Positions 32,873-43,736 of a DNA stretch of 64,000 bases are shown piece by piece. How positions within the stretch are numbered: position 1 is the first letter of the stretch; every line of letters starts with the position of its first letter. The stretch comes from Clostridia bacterium (GTDB lineage Bacteria; Bacillota; Clostridia; Christensenellales; QALW01). The notes beneath the pieces were generated by a model. The model did no database searches. It was not told the origin of the DNA and saw only the letters and a program-made list of their open reading frames with translations. The stretch covers positions 8,854 to 72,853 of the forward strand of contig JAFVVO010000025.1 of the NCBI GenBank assembly GCA_017502165.1, read 5' to 3'. A program made the position numbers and the translations under genes.

Positions 32873-35800
32873 TTGGCAGATAAACAGAATAATTCAAGCT
32901 TTGAAGTTACGTCGGTATCAACCGGACAAAAGATAAAACCGCAGGTTCCTGCTGAAAGAACGGCCGGTGCAACGCGAAAAGCAACTCGTGCAGGAGCCAC
33001 CCGTACAAACGCACCGCGCACAAGTGAGAGCACTCATCCAACTCGCGCAAGCATAGGCGTTGAGTCGGTGCGTCCTGCAAGAGAAAGCGCGTCAAGAGCA
33101 TCAGGAGCAAGAGCAGGTGAAGCCCGTTCAACTTTAACGGGGGAAAGACGTTCAAATGTAACCGGCGAAGCCCGTCCAACTCGCGCAAGCATAGGTGTTG
33201 AGTCGGTGCGCCCTGCAAGAGAAAGCGCTTCAAGAGTAGCAGGAGCAAGAACCGGAGAAGCCCGTCCGGCCCGCGCAAGCGTAGGTGTTGAGTCGGTGCG
33301 CCCTGCAAGAGAAGGTGCGTCAAGAGCAGCGGGAGTAAGAGTAAGTGAAAATGACGGACAAGCAAAGAAAAGAGAGTCTGTTCGTCAAGCAAGCCAAGGA
33401 CCTCGAACAAACGGTGCAGGAGGACAAATCAGCGCTGAAGAAAGAGTGCGTGCAACGGTTGGCGTTGAAACGGTGCGCCCGAGAAGAGAAGGCTCTTTGC
33501 AAAATACTGACGAAAGGTCAGGTAACGGCCAAGCTGCAGTCCGCCGCCGCAGGATAGCGGATAACAGCGGTAATCAGTATCGGCAGGACAGAGAGCAGGA
33601 GAGAATAGAGAAAATCCGCGACGAAAAGCAAAAAGAAAGATATATGCGTCGCAAGGAGATAGAAGAGGCTTCGGCAATTTTTACTAAGAGTGATAAGCCT
33701 CGCAACTACTTTATCAACCTGATGATAGTTACCTTCAAGATGCTTCTTGTTTGTATGCTTATTGTGGGAATTTCGGGAGTAGGATTTATAATCGGTATGG
33801 CACAGTCATATCTTGAAAGCGTGCCTGAGCTTGACTTTGACAGCGTTGCCGAGCAGGAGCAAGCCACCGTTTTGCTTGACAATAAGGGGGAAACCCTCGG
33901 TAACTACTACAATATGGAAAATCGTGAATGGGCTGATTTGGAGGAAATTCCTGCAGATTTACAAAATGCGGTTATCGCCATTGAGGACGTGCGCTTCCAC
34001 AGACACATGGGCATTGACTTTAAGCGCCTTGTAGGTGCAGTGTTCAGCAACCTTACAAGCGATTCTATGCAGGGCGGCTCAACCATTACTCAGCAGCTTG
34101 TGAAAAACACGATGCTTTCCTTTGACCAGACGTATAAGAGAAAAATTCAGGAAGCGTCCCTTGCCATTGAGCTTGAGCAGAAGTATGAAAAGGACGATAT
34201 TTTAGAGGCGTACCTTAATACCATTTATATGGGAGGCTCCTGCTACGGCGTGAAAACTGCCGCAAAGGACTATTTCGGCAAGGAATTAAGCGAGCTTACG
34301 CTTCGTGAGTGCGCCTGCCTTGCAGGTATGATTCAGAACCCCTCAAGATATAATCCCAGAACTAACTATTATAGCCGTAACAATCCTGCAAGAACCGATA
34401 ACAGAACGAATCTTGTTCTTTATGAAATGTGGGAAAACGGTCTTATTTCAAAGGAGACATACGAATCAGCCAAGGCGGATACCATCTCCGTTTTGAAGGA
34501 TTCTCCATATTCAACCAAATCGGGAATGGTTTACTTTACCGATTACGTTATTGATAGCGTGGTTGAGCAGATTTTAATTGACAGAGGTCTTGAGAACAAC
34601 TCTAAAAACAGAAATCAGGTGCGCAAGGAAATCCGTACCGAAGGCTACACCATCTATACAACTATGGATGAGGATAAGCAGCGCGCCGCAGAAGAGCAGA
34701 CGTATAATTTCAAGGGCTATCCCACAATGAGATATTCTGCCGATAGCTATACCGTTGTAGGCAGAAACCCTGACGGAAGTGTTATCCGTCTTGTTCAGCC
34801 TCAGGCGGCGGTAGCGGTTATGGATTATCATAACGGTTATATCGTTGCCCTTGTTGGCGGTCGTCAGGCACCCACGGGAAGCCTGGAATTTAACCGTTCC
34901 TATCAGTCTACAATGCCCGTTGGCTCCTCAATTAAGCCTATTGCCGTTTACGCTCCCGCCATTGAGCGCGGCTCAGGCATCGGCACGGTTTATTACGACC
35001 AGAAAATTAAAATTGACGGTTGGGGCTCTGTTAAGGGTTATCCTGAAAATAACAGCCGAACATACGCCGGCTGGGTAACCATGAAGGAATCCTTTACCCG
35101 TTCCCTTAACACCGGTGCGGCTCAGGCTTTGCTTTATGACGTGGGACTTGATGAATCCTTCAACACCCTCGTTTCCTTAGGCGTTGACCCTGATCACATC
35201 AGTAAAACCGGCTCAGGTCTTGCACTTGGAAGCTCTGGCATAACACCCTTAGAGATGGCAGGAGCATTTTCCGCCATTGCCAATATGGGCGTATACATTG
35301 AGCCCATTGCCTTTACCAAGGTGGTAGATAAAACCGGCAACGTTATCGTTGATATGGTTGCCCGTCAGGACAGACACAGAGTTTTCTCCGAGAGCACCGC
35401 TTGGCAGACCACTTATTTAATGCGTCAGGTTGCTCTTGGCTTGCCCACAAGAATTAAGGTTCCCGGACAGACCGTTTACGGTAAAACGGGTACTAACTCT
35501 GAGCAGAGAGGCGTTTTCTTTGCAGGCTTTACGGGCTATTACACCTGCTGTGTTTGGGTTGGCTCCGACGCTTATAAGCAGCTTCAGAGCAACGCGCAGG
35601 GTAGCTCCTTTGCGGCACCCTTGTTCAGCGCCGTTATGACGGCTCTTCATAAGGGACTTCCCGATAAACCCAATTCCGACGTTGAGCCTGAGGCAATTGG
35701 CGTAATGAAAGTAAATTATTGCTCCGTTACGGGTAAGTTGGCAACTGAAGCCTGCGCAAAAACTCACGTGGCTTACGGAAACCCCTCAAATATGAGCGTT

Positions 35801-36022
35801 TGCGATCTTCACCGTCAGGTAGAAATTTGCTCGGCTTCCGGCGCACTTGCAACGGAAAACTGTCCTGAAGAAACAAGACAAAAGAGCACGCTGGTTATGA
35901 TTCCCGAAAAAGGAATATTCAACTATATGTACTACAATCAGTACAACTGGTTTGTTTCCACCGCGGGCACTCCGGTTACCAATATGAGTAACTGTAAGGT
36001 GCATCAGAATCAAACGGCATAA
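32873..36022 (+). CDS. PBP1A-family bifunctional penicillin-binding protein with a long Arg-rich N-terminal extension
   Basis: GT51 motifs (EDVRFHRHMGID, GGSTITQQL) and transpeptidase motifs (SSIKP, SLN, KTGT). Probable TTG start at 32873 after AAGGGGGA. The ORF track starts at 32816. Confidence 0.85.
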   Translation: MADKQNNSSFEVTSVSTGQKIKPQVPAERTAGATRKATRAGATRTNAPRTSESTHPTRASIGVESVRPARESASRASGARAGEARSTLTGERRSNVTGEARPTRASIGVESVRPARESASRVAGARTGEARPARASVGVESVRPAREGASRAAGVRVSENDGQAKKRESVRQASQGPRTNGAGGQISAEERVRATVGVETVRPRREGSLQNTDERSGNGQAAVRRRRIADNSGNQYRQDREQERIEKIRDEKQKERYMRRKEIEEASAIFTKSDKPRNYFINLMIVTFKMLLVCMLIVGISGVGFIIGMAQSYLESVPELDFDSVAEQEQATVLLDNKGETLGNYYNMENREWADLEEIPADLQNAVIAIEDVRFHRHMGIDFKRLVGAVFSNLTSDSMQGGSTITQQLVKNTMLSFDQTYKRKIQEASLAIELEQKYEKDDILEAYLNTIYMGGSCYGVKTAAKDYFGKELSELTLRECACLAGMIQNPSRYNPRTNYYSRNNPARTDNRTNLVLYEMWENGLISKETYESAKADTISVLKDSPYSTKSGMVYFTDYVIDSVVEQILIDRGLENNSKNRNQVRKEIRTEGYTIYTTMDEDKQRAAEEQTYNFKGYPTMRYSADSYTVVGRNPDGSVIRLVQPQAAVAVMDYHNGYIVALVGGRQAPTGSLEFNRSYQSTMPVGSSIKPIAVYAPAIERGSGIGTVYYDQKIKIDGWGSVKGYPENNSRTYAGWVTMKESFTRSLNTGAAQALLYDVGLDESFNTLVSLGVDPDHISKTGSGLALGSSGITPLEMAGAFSAIANMGVYIEPIAFTKVVDKTGNVIVDMVARQDRHRVFSESTAWQTTYLMRQVALGLPTRIKVPGQTVYGKTGTNSEQRGVFFAGFTGYYTCCVWVGSDAYKQLQSNAQGSSFAAPLFSAVMTALHKGLPDKPNSDVEPEAIGVMKVNYCSVTGKLATEACAKTHVAYGNPSNMSVCDLHRQVEICSASGALATENCPEETRQKSTLVMIPEKGIFNYMYYNQYNWFVSTAGTPVTNMSNCKVHQNQTA
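33040..33345. repeat. In-frame repeat of about 90-140 bp, 3 copies plus a diverged fourth (RASIGVESVRPARESASR units)
   Basis: Near-identical blocks start at about 33040, 33178 and 33266. A diverged copy lies near 33450. Confidence 0.8.
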
Positions 36023-36125
36023 ATATAAATCCTGCTTATCACAGATAGGCAGGATTTTTTAGTAAATATTGACTTTTACAGATAAATAAAATATAATTTA
36101 ATTATAGAAAAAAGGGGAAATAAAA

Positions 36126-36794
36126 ATGAAAAGGATTATAGCAATTTTTGCTGTTTTTGCATTAATACTCACCATTTTTTGCAGTTGCGTTAAAGGTGAT
36201 ACAAATTTTCCTAAAGAATACGTTGAAGTCAAAGGATTTTACGATAAATGGGCAAAATCAAAATCTTATGATGATGCGTTCTTTGGAAAAAATGAACTTA
36301 ATATTGAAGACGTTGCTATAGTGCAAGAAGATGTAAGTGTGAGCTGGACAAGTATGCTTGCGGAATTTGATTCTGAGTACAGAGAAAAAGGACTTAAATA
36401 CGTTTTTGCAGACCTTGATAGTAACGGCATCAACGAGATGCTTGTGATTATAGATGATTACGTAACGGCAATATTTACTCATAACGGAGAAAAAGCTGTG
36501 CTTTTAGATGCCTATTGGCCAAGATATATTGTTTTAGGAATAAAAGAAAATAAGTTGTTAGTTCGTTCTTCTGGTGGGGCAAGCTACACGGCACATCTGC
36601 TTTTTACCATAGACGGTACGGAAATCAATTTATCAGAAGAACTTACTTTTGAGATTGAAGATCTCAGTGCGGATAAAATAGAAGAAACTTATTATCATAG
36701 TGTTGACGGAGAAAAGAAAACCATAACAAAAGACCAATTTTATGAAAAAATAGCTCAGCTTAAACAAGAATACAACAAAACACCCCAAAGTTGA
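36126..36794 (+). CDS. Hypothetical lipoprotein
   Basis: Signal peptide with a lipobox-like IFCSC. No family recognised. Confidence 0.5.
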   Translation: MKRIIAIFAVFALILTIFCSCVKGDTNFPKEYVEVKGFYDKWAKSKSYDDAFFGKNELNIEDVAIVQEDVSVSWTSMLAEFDSEYREKGLKYVFADLDSNGINEMLVIIDDYVTAIFTHNGEKAVLLDAYWPRYIVLGIKENKLLVRSSGGASYTAHLLFTIDGTEINLSEELTFEIEDLSADKIEETYYHSVDGEKKTITKDQFYEKIAQLKQEYNKTPQS

Positions 36795-36917
36795 GTTTTC
36801 AACAAAAATTCCTCTAAATGTGATAAAGATTTCGTTTATAACGGGCTTGGGTGTCTTGACATAATGTGGGAAATGGGGGTATAATGTATAGGCAGTTTGT
36901 GAGAAAGGAGACCACAG

Positions 36918-38024
36918 ATGAAAATACTCTTACTTACTTGTAATACAGGTCAGGGACATAATTCCACCGCCAATTCCATTGCTGAAAAGTTTTCACAGCA
37001 CGGAGTGGAGTGTGTTACTGAAGACGCTCTTGCCTTTTTATCACCTAAGATGTCTGATTTTATAGCGTCGTGGCACGTGCGCATATACAGATATGCTCCC
37101 GTTTTGTTCGGCTTTGGCTATGAATTTGCTGAAAAGCATCCCTCTACCTTTGCTGACGATTCCGTTGCGTATAACTTCTTCAGCCTCGGAGTTAAAAAAC
37201 TTGAAAAATACGTGCTTGATGAAAATATTACTGCAATAATTTGCGTACATATGTTCCCTGCGCTTATGGTTAACGAGCTTGTTAAAAATAAGGAGCTTAA
37301 GGTAAAAACCGCCTTTGTTGCTACAGATTACACCTGCTCACCGGGTGTAGGCGAAAGCAATCTGGACGTGTATTTTATTCCTCATAAAAATCTTGTGGGC
37401 GAATTTGTTGCCTGCGGAATTCCTGAAGAAAATATTATTCCCAGCGGTATTCCCGTTAAGGATATGTTCTACTCCTTTGAAGAAAAAAGAGAAGCAAAAA
37501 AGCAAGTGGGTGTTCCCGAAAACGCGCGCCACATTCTTATGATGTGCGGCAGTATGGGCTGCGGTCCCATGGAAACGGTAGGGGAAGCAATTAAGGAAAT
37601 TATGCCTGAGGACGCATATATGACCATCGTTTGCGGAACTAACAAAAAGCTGAAGAAAAAGGTTGATAAGCTGGAAAGTGAAAGAGTCCGCGTTTTAGGC
37701 TTTACCGACAAGGTTTCACTTTTAATGGACAGTGCCGACCTCTACGTTACAAAGCCCGGAGGTTTAAGCATTACGGAGGCTTCCTACAAGCGTTTACCCT
37801 TAGCGTTTATTGACGCAGTTTCGGGTTGTGAATCCTATAACAGATATTTCTTCATCACTCAGGGAATGGCTCTTGCAAGTAATGACCCCAAACGGCTTCC
37901 TGCCCTTTGCGTTAAGCGTCTTTACGATGAGGAAAAGCTTTCCCGCCAAAGAGAAATTATGCAAAAGGAATTTAACCGTAACCCTGCGGAAATTATTTGC
38001 GAATATTTCTTAAAAACAGAATAA
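36918..38024 (+). CDS. MGDG-synthase family glycosyltransferase (diacylglycerol glycosyltransferase-like)
   Basis: MKILLLTCNTGQGHNSTANSI is a typical MGDG_synth N-terminus, with a GT28-like C-terminus. Confidence 0.8.
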   Translation: MKILLLTCNTGQGHNSTANSIAEKFSQHGVECVTEDALAFLSPKMSDFIASWHVRIYRYAPVLFGFGYEFAEKHPSTFADDSVAYNFFSLGVKKLEKYVLDENITAIICVHMFPALMVNELVKNKELKVKTAFVATDYTCSPGVGESNLDVYFIPHKNLVGEFVACGIPEENIIPSGIPVKDMFYSFEEKREAKKQVGVPENARHILMMCGSMGCGPMETVGEAIKEIMPEDAYMTIVCGTNKKLKKKVDKLESERVRVLGFTDKVSLLMDSADLYVTKPGGLSITEASYKRLPLAFIDAVSGCESYNRYFFITQGMALASNDPKRLPALCVKRLYDEEKLSRQREIMQKEFNRNPAEIICEYFLKTE

Positions 38025-38090
38025 AAAAATAAAAACAGAATAAAAAAAGGCTTGCCCTCGGGCAAGCCTTTTTTGTTGTTTGTGCTTGTA

Positions 38091-38297
38091 TTACTGATTT
38101 AATTCAGCGTTATTATCGGGCTCCTCGGGAACAACCAAGGATGCGATAATATAGGCAAGAATACCGCTTCCTGCCCCAAGACAGAGCAGAACGGCAATAA
38201 GCCTGATAATAGAGGGATCCGCATTAAAATATTGTGCGATGCCTGCGCAAAGACCGGTTAATTTCCGATCGGTTTTTGAACGGTATAATCTTTTCAT
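38091..38297 (-). CDS. PspC domain protein
   Basis: MKRLYRSKTDRKLTGLCAGIAQYF matches the PspC motif, followed by a TM segment. Confidence 0.8.
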   Translation of the reverse strand: MKRLYRSKTDRKLTGLCAGIAQYFNADPSIIRLIAVLLCLGAGSGILAYIIASLVVPEEPDNNAELNQ

Positions 38298-38329
38298 TTT
38301 TTACTCTCCTTATGTGCATTGCATTTGTA

Positions 38330-39799
38330 TTACAGGAAGAAGCATTCGGAGCCGATAGTGCAGTAATAGGTTCTGTTTTTACCTGCCCAGCAGGTGTAAC
38401 GAACGGATTTTGAACAGAAATATCTGCAATCGCCTACGGGCTTTGCTCCCATATAGGCTTCTATTGCCGCATACAGATTGGTGGTGGAATATGTTTCATT
38501 CTTTAAGGTGCTGTTGGCGGTTGAGAACTGATTGGGCGCATAAATGATTGCTTCAACCGAAGCACCCGTTCTCTTAACGCGGTTCATAATAACGCTTCCC
38601 ACCGCCAGCTGACAGCGGTAAATGTTTCCGCCAACCTCACGCTTAATAACTCTTGCCATAAGCTTAACCTCTTCCATCTGCGCGGGAGTAAGCGATTTTA
38701 AGGCGGCGTTTATAACGGTCATATTTGCTGAATTGTATCCGCTTACCGTTACGCCCGATGAGCTTGAGCTTGTGGAGCCTGAAGGCTTCTTGCTTGCTAC
38801 TGCGGCGGCAATTTTTGCTAAGGTTTTGCTTCCTGCAATACCGTCAGCCGTAAGGGAATATGCCTTTTGGAACTTCACAACCGCGGCTTTTGTAACTGAG
38901 CCGTATTCGCCGGTTGCCGTGCCTGAAAAATATCCTAAGGTTTTAAGGTTGTTCTGAAGATTTTTAACTAAGGTGCCTCTGTCACCGAAACGGAGCGTTC
39001 CGGGCTTTGCAACGTACTGAGTTTCGGAATTGTTTTCGTTTACGTTGGTTTTTGCGCTTGTGGAATTAAGCTCCTTTAAGGTTAATTCGGCAACGGTGCC
39101 CGTGGGGCTTATCTGGTGATTTTTCTGAAACTTTTTAACTGCCGAAACAGTAATCGCGCCATAATATCCGGTTACGTATTTTTCTTCCAAGTAGCCAAGC
39201 TCGCATAAACGCTTTTGCAGAGCCTTAACCCCTGCATCCTCGTCACCGGACTTATAAACTCTTGAGGTATCCAGCTTTGTAACGTTCATTAAAACGTTTA
39301 TTTTTTCCAAGGTTATTTTTGCGGCAGTACCCGTAGATTGAATACTGTTTGCTTCCTGGAATTTCTTAACTGCGGCCTCGGTAATATCACCGAAATGCCC
39401 CGTTACCTTGTCTTTAGCAAGGAAGCCCATATTCGCAAGTGCCTGCTGAAGACGTTTAACGTCAGCACCCTCGTCACCGTTTTTAAGCACGAGGCTCGTG
39501 TCAAACTTATTGTAAGAAAACAGTGCTTCGAGAGTGAGCGTGGCTACAACACCCGTCTGATTGATGTTTTGTGATTTTTGATATTTCTTTACTGCATCTT
39601 CTGTGTTGGGACCGAAAAATCCCGTGGCATATTTTTTCTCCAGATGCCCAAGCTCCACTAATTTAAGCTGAAGCTCCTTAACGTCGGGCCCCTTGCTTCC
39701 AAGCTTCATGGTAGAAGTGGGGGCGGCAAATGCCACAAAAGAAGAAGTCAGTAATATTGCCAACACAAGAAATATTGACAACAGTGACCTTTTAATCAA
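38330..39799 (-). CDS. Secreted cell wall hydrolase (SleB/Hydrolase_2-like C-terminus) with 4-5 PG_binding_1 repeats
   Basis: Signal peptide, then repeated G..G..V..LQ..L...GY modules, then a C-terminal VIMNRV...CYFC region. Confidence 0.7.
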   Translation of the reverse strand: MIKRSLLSIFLVLAILLTSSFVAFAAPTSTMKLGSKGPDVKELQLKLVELGHLEKKYATGFFGPNTEDAVKKYQKSQNINQTGVVATLTLEALFSYNKFDTSLVLKNGDEGADVKRLQQALANMGFLAKDKVTGHFGDITEAAVKKFQEANSIQSTGTAAKITLEKINVLMNVTKLDTSRVYKSGDEDAGVKALQKRLCELGYLEEKYVTGYYGAITVSAVKKFQKNHQISPTGTVAELTLKELNSTSAKTNVNENNSETQYVAKPGTLRFGDRGTLVKNLQNNLKTLGYFSGTATGEYGSVTKAAVVKFQKAYSLTADGIAGSKTLAKIAAAVASKKPSGSTSSSSSGVTVSGYNSANMTVINAALKSLTPAQMEEVKLMARVIKREVGGNIYRCQLAVGSVIMNRVKRTGASVEAIIYAPNQFSTANSTLKNETYSTTNLYAAIEAYMGAKPVGDCRYFCSKSVRYTCWAGKNRTYYCTIGSECFFL

Positions 39800-39976
39800 A
39801 TTTAATCCTCCTTAAAAGTGGGAAATAAACAGAAATGTTTTATTGTCGTATTGTAATTATACCATAAAGAAAAAGAAAATGCAACACTTTTGTAACAAAT
39901 GCGGCCTTTGAACAAATTTCGGCAAAAATTTTTCTTAAAATTTTCCTTAAAACCCTTATCAAAAACACATAAACGG

Positions 39977-40005
39977 TTGATTTTTGCCCACAGATATAGT
40001 ATAAT
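39977..40005 (+). promoter_or_regulatory. Candidate sigma-A promoter of metK
   Basis: TTGATT, a 17-nt spacer, then TATAAT. Confidence 0.45.
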
Positions 40006-40070
40006 TAGTTAATATATTAAAATAGAACAACTACGCTTATTAACCAGCGATAAAATTTAGGAGGCTAAAG

Positions 40071-41255
40071 ATGAAAAAATACTATTTTACGTCTGAATCA
40101 GTAACCGAAGGACATCCCGATAAAATTTGTGATCAGATTTCCGATGCGGTGCTTGATGAAATACTTTCTCAGGACCCTGAAGCAAGAGTTGCCTGCGAGG
40201 TTTCCTGCACAACGGGTTTAATTTTAGTTATGGGCGAGATTACCGCTGATGCACAGATAGATATTCAGCAAATTGCCCGTCAGGTAGCGCTTGATATTGG
40301 CTACGACAGAGCAAAGTACGGCTTTGACGGTAACACCTGCGGAGTTATCTGCGCTCTCGATAAGCAGTCACCCGATATTTCCATGGGCGTTTCTCAGGCG
40401 CTGGAATCTAAAAACGGCGAGGAGGACGCAAGATTTTCCGTAGGCGCAGGTGACCAGGGAATTATCTTCGGATATGCCTGCAACGAAACGAAGGAGCTTA
40501 TGCCTCTTGCAATTTCACTTGCCCACAAGCTTGCCAAGAAATTGACCGACGTTCGTAAGGACGGCACTCTTCCTTACCTTCGTCCCGACGGCAAAACTCA
40601 GGTAACCGTTGAATACGTTGACGGCGCGCCTAAGCGTATTGACGCGGTTGTAGTTTCAAGCCAGCATTCACCTGACGTTGATATGGACACTCTTCGCAAC
40701 GATATTATTGAGAAGGTGGTTAAGCAGGTTATCGACGCAAATATGATAGACGAGAACACTAAGTTCTTTATTAACCCCACGGGCAGATTCGTTGTTGGCG
40801 GACCTCAGGGTGACAGCGGCCTTACGGGCAGAAAAATTATAGTTGACACCTACGGCGGAGCGTCACGCCACGGCGGCGGCGCTTTCTCAGGAAAGGATCC
40901 TACCAAGGTTGACAGAAGCGCGGCATATTTTGCCAGATACATTGCAAAGAACGTAGTTGCCTCCGGTGCGGCGGACAAGTGCGAAATTCAGCTTGCTTAC
41001 GCCATCGGAGTTGCACGTCCCGTTTCAATTTTAGTTGAAACCTTCGGCACCGCAAAGGTAAGCGAGGATAAAATTGCCCGGGCAGTTGAAGAATTGTTTG
41101 ACGCCCGTCCTGCCGCGATTATTGATGCTCTTCAGCTTCGCAAGCCTATCTACCGTCAGCTTGCATCCTACGGTCACATGGGCAGAGAGGAAACCGGCGT
41201 TTTATGGGAGAAGACCGATAAGGCGCAGGAAATTAAAGAGTATCTCGGAATTTAG
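40071..41255 (+). CDS. metK: S-adenosylmethionine synthase
   Basis: 394 aa. Contains [26 protein letters not shown] and GGGAFSGKD motifs. Confidence 0.95.
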   Translation: MKKYYFTSESVTEGHPDKICDQISDAVLDEILSQDPEARVACEVSCTTGLILVMGEITADAQIDIQQIARQVALDIGYDRAKYGFDGNTCGVICALDKQSPDISMGVSQALESKNGEEDARFSVGAGDQGIIFGYACNETKELMPLAISLAHKLAKKLTDVRKDGTLPYLRPDGKTQVTVEYVDGAPKRIDAVVVSSQHSPDVDMDTLRNDIIEKVVKQVIDANMIDENTKFFINPTGRFVVGGPQGDSGLTGRKIIVDTYGGASRHGGGAFSGKDPTKVDRSAAYFARYIAKNVVASGAADKCEIQLAYAIGVARPVSILVETFGTAKVSEDKIARAVEELFDARPAAIIDALQLRKPIYRQLASYGHMGREETGVLWEKTDKAQEIKEYLGI

Positions 41256-41300
41256 CAGAAAAATTTTATTTTAATCAAAGAAAGTAACAAGGAGAAAACA

Positions 41301-43736
41301 ATGGGGCTTTTCGGATTCGGCGATAACACCGCCAGCCAACTTAAGAAGCTTGAAAAAATAGCCGCAAAAATAGAAGCGCTTGATGAAAAAATGCAGGGGC
41401 TTGAAGACGGCGATTTCAAGGAAAAAACAGAAGAATTTAAACAAAGATACGCTCTTGGAGAAACCCTGGACGATTTACTTCCCGAGGCATTTGCAGTTGC
41501 AAGAGAAGCGGCTTGGCGAGTTTTAGGACAAAAACCCTTCCACGTTCAGCTTCTTGGCGGTATCGTTTTGCATCAGGGCAGAATTGCCGAAATGAAAACA
41601 GGTGAAGGTAAAACTCTTACGGCAACCCTTCCTGCATATCTTAATGCAATTTCGGGCAAGGGCGTGCATATCGTAACGGTTAACGAATATCTTGCAGGAT
41701 ATCAGTCCGAAATGATGAGCAAGCTGTTTAATTTCTTAGGCTTAACCGTTGGTAACATTTTCAACCAGATGACAAGGGAAGACCGTCAGCAAGCTTATGC
41801 GGCGGACATTACCTACGGCACCAACAGTGAGTTCGGCTTTGACTATCTTCGCGACAATATGGCAAAAAGCGGCTCCGCCCGTTCACAGCGCGGACTTAAT
41901 TTCGCTATTGTTGACGAGGTTGACAGCATTTTAATCGACGAAGCAAGAACGCCTTTGATTATTTCGGGTATGGGTGAAGAATCCTCTCAAATGTATCTTA
42001 AGGCAAATGCAATCGTGCGTTCTTTCTCAGGTATTGCCGAAAAGGAAAAGGCAAGTAAAATTGACCTTCCCGACGAGGAGTATGAGGCGGAACGCTTAAA
42101 GCACGAATTTACCTTTGACGAAAAGGCGAGAACCGTTTCCTTAACCGAAACGGGCGTAACAAAGGTTGAACGCGCTCTTGGAATAGAAGATCTTTCGGAC
42201 CCCGAAAACACAGAGCTTGCTCACTATATAAATCAGGCGCTTAAGGCAAACTTTATTTTCAAGCGCGATAAAGACTATATCGTTTCTGACGACGGCCAGG
42301 TTAAAATCGTTGACGAGTTTACGGGCAGAATTTTAGAGGGCAGAAGATACAGCGAGGGCTTACATCAGGCGATAGAAGCCAAGGAAAACGTTAAGGTTGC
42401 TCAGGAAAACAAAACCTTAGCTACCATAACGTATCAGAACTTCTTCAGAATGTATAAAAAGCTTTCGGGTATGACGGGTACCGCAAAAACCGAGGAAGAG
42501 GAATTTAAGGGTATATACGCTCTTGACGTTGTTTGTGTTCCTACAAATAAGCCTATGATAAGGCAGGATCTGAACGACCGCATTTACAAAAGCATTCCCG
42601 ATAAGTTCAATGCGGTGGTGCAGGAGGTTATAGACCGTCACGCTTTAGGGCAGCCTATATTGGTAGGTACCGTTTCGGTTGAAATCAGTGAGCTTATTTC
42701 CGCAATGCTTCGCAAGCGCGGAGTTAAGCACGAGGTGCTGAATGCAAAGCATCACGCTAAGGAAGCGGAAATCGTTGCTCAGGCAGGAAGACTCGGCGCA
42801 GTAACCATTGCTACTAATATGGCAGGTCGTGGTACGGATATTCTTCTTGGCGGTAACCCCGACTTTATGGCACGAAAAGAGCTTAAAGGCGCAGGCTATG
42901 AAGACGATAAAATCGACCTTGCAACCGGCCATCAGTCAACCGACGATCAGGAAATTCTTGCTCTTCGCGCAAAATATAAGGAGCTTTACGCAAAATATAA
43001 GAAGATAACAGATGCAGAGCACGAGCAGGTTGTTCAGGCGGGCGGACTTTGCATTTTAGGTACCGAGCGCCACGAAAGCAGACGAATTGACAATCAGCTT
43101 CGAGGCCGCGCAGGCCGTCAGGGCGACCCGGGCGCAAGCTGCTTCTTCATTTCCTTTGAGGACGACCTTATGCGTCTTTTTGGCGGAGATAAAATGCAAA
43201 TGCTTGCAGGCAGAGCACTTGACGGTGATATGGCTCTGGAGGCAGGTATGCTTTCCAAGAGCATTGAAAACGCCCAGAAGCGTGTTGAGGGCAGAAACTT
43301 CTCAATCAGAAAGAACGTTTTGCAGTATGACGACGTTATGAATACTCAGCGTGAGGTTATTTATTCTCAGCGCCGCCGAGTGCTTGAGGGGGAGGACGTC
43401 TCCGAGTCCATTCGTGAAATGCGCAAAAAGGTTATCGGCAGATTCGTTCAGCTTTTTACCGCCGACCAGAACAAAAACGACTGGAACTTAAAGGGCTTGG
43501 TTGAAGAGTTAAAGCGTCTTTGCTTACCTAAGGAGGCAACGGCAAATGAGCTTAAGGGACTTTCTCGTGACGACATTGCTTTCCGCCTTAACGAGCTTTC
43601 AGAGGAAAGATACGTTGAAAGAACCAAGGAGCTTGCAAAATTAGGCGTAGATATCCGTGATATTGAGAGGTTTGCGCTTTTAGAGTCCGTTGACCGTCAC
43701 TGGATGGACCATATCGACGCTATGGATCAGCTTTAA
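41301..43736 (+). CDS. secA: Preprotein translocase ATPase SecA, first 811 codons, ending at an in-frame TAA
   Basis: Contains Walker A MKTGEGKT, DEVDSILIDEARTPLIIS and the remaining SecA motifs. The frame stops at HWMDHIDAMDQL*. Confidence 0.85.
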   Translation: MGLFGFGDNTASQLKKLEKIAAKIEALDEKMQGLEDGDFKEKTEEFKQRYALGETLDDLLPEAFAVAREAAWRVLGQKPFHVQLLGGIVLHQGRIAEMKTGEGKTLTATLPAYLNAISGKGVHIVTVNEYLAGYQSEMMSKLFNFLGLTVGNIFNQMTREDRQQAYAADITYGTNSEFGFDYLRDNMAKSGSARSQRGLNFAIVDEVDSILIDEARTPLIISGMGEESSQMYLKANAIVRSFSGIAEKEKASKIDLPDEEYEAERLKHEFTFDEKARTVSLTETGVTKVERALGIEDLSDPENTELAHYINQALKANFIFKRDKDYIVSDDGQVKIVDEFTGRILEGRRYSEGLHQAIEAKENVKVAQENKTLATITYQNFFRMYKKLSGMTGTAKTEEEEFKGIYALDVVCVPTNKPMIRQDLNDRIYKSIPDKFNAVVQEVIDRHALGQPILVGTVSVEISELISAMLRKRGVKHEVLNAKHHAKEAEIVAQAGRLGAVTIATNMAGRGTDILLGGNPDFMARKELKGAGYEDDKIDLATGHQSTDDQEILALRAKYKELYAKYKKITDAEHEQVVQAGGLCILGTERHESRRIDNQLRGRAGRQGDPGASCFFISFEDDLMRLFGGDKMQMLAGRALDGDMALEAGMLSKSIENAQKRVEGRNFSIRKNVLQYDDVMNTQREVIYSQRRRVLEGEDVSESIREMRKKVIGRFVQLFTADQNKNDWNLKGLVEELKRLCLPKEATANELKGLSRDDIAFRLNELSEERYVERTKELAKLGVDIRDIERFALLESVDRHWMDHIDAMDQL

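Noticed and set aside
32907-33410. A 167-aa minus-strand ORF (Leu-rich repeats).
   Set aside because: It is the antisense frame of the Arg-rich repeat region of PBP1A, an artefact of the repeat composition.
39800-40070. A SAM riboswitch upstream of metK.
   Set aside because: The leader was read on the plus strand and no SAM-I core (GAGGGACTGGCCC-type) or other recognisable aptamer was found. Only a promoter-like TTGATT-17-TATAAT is present.
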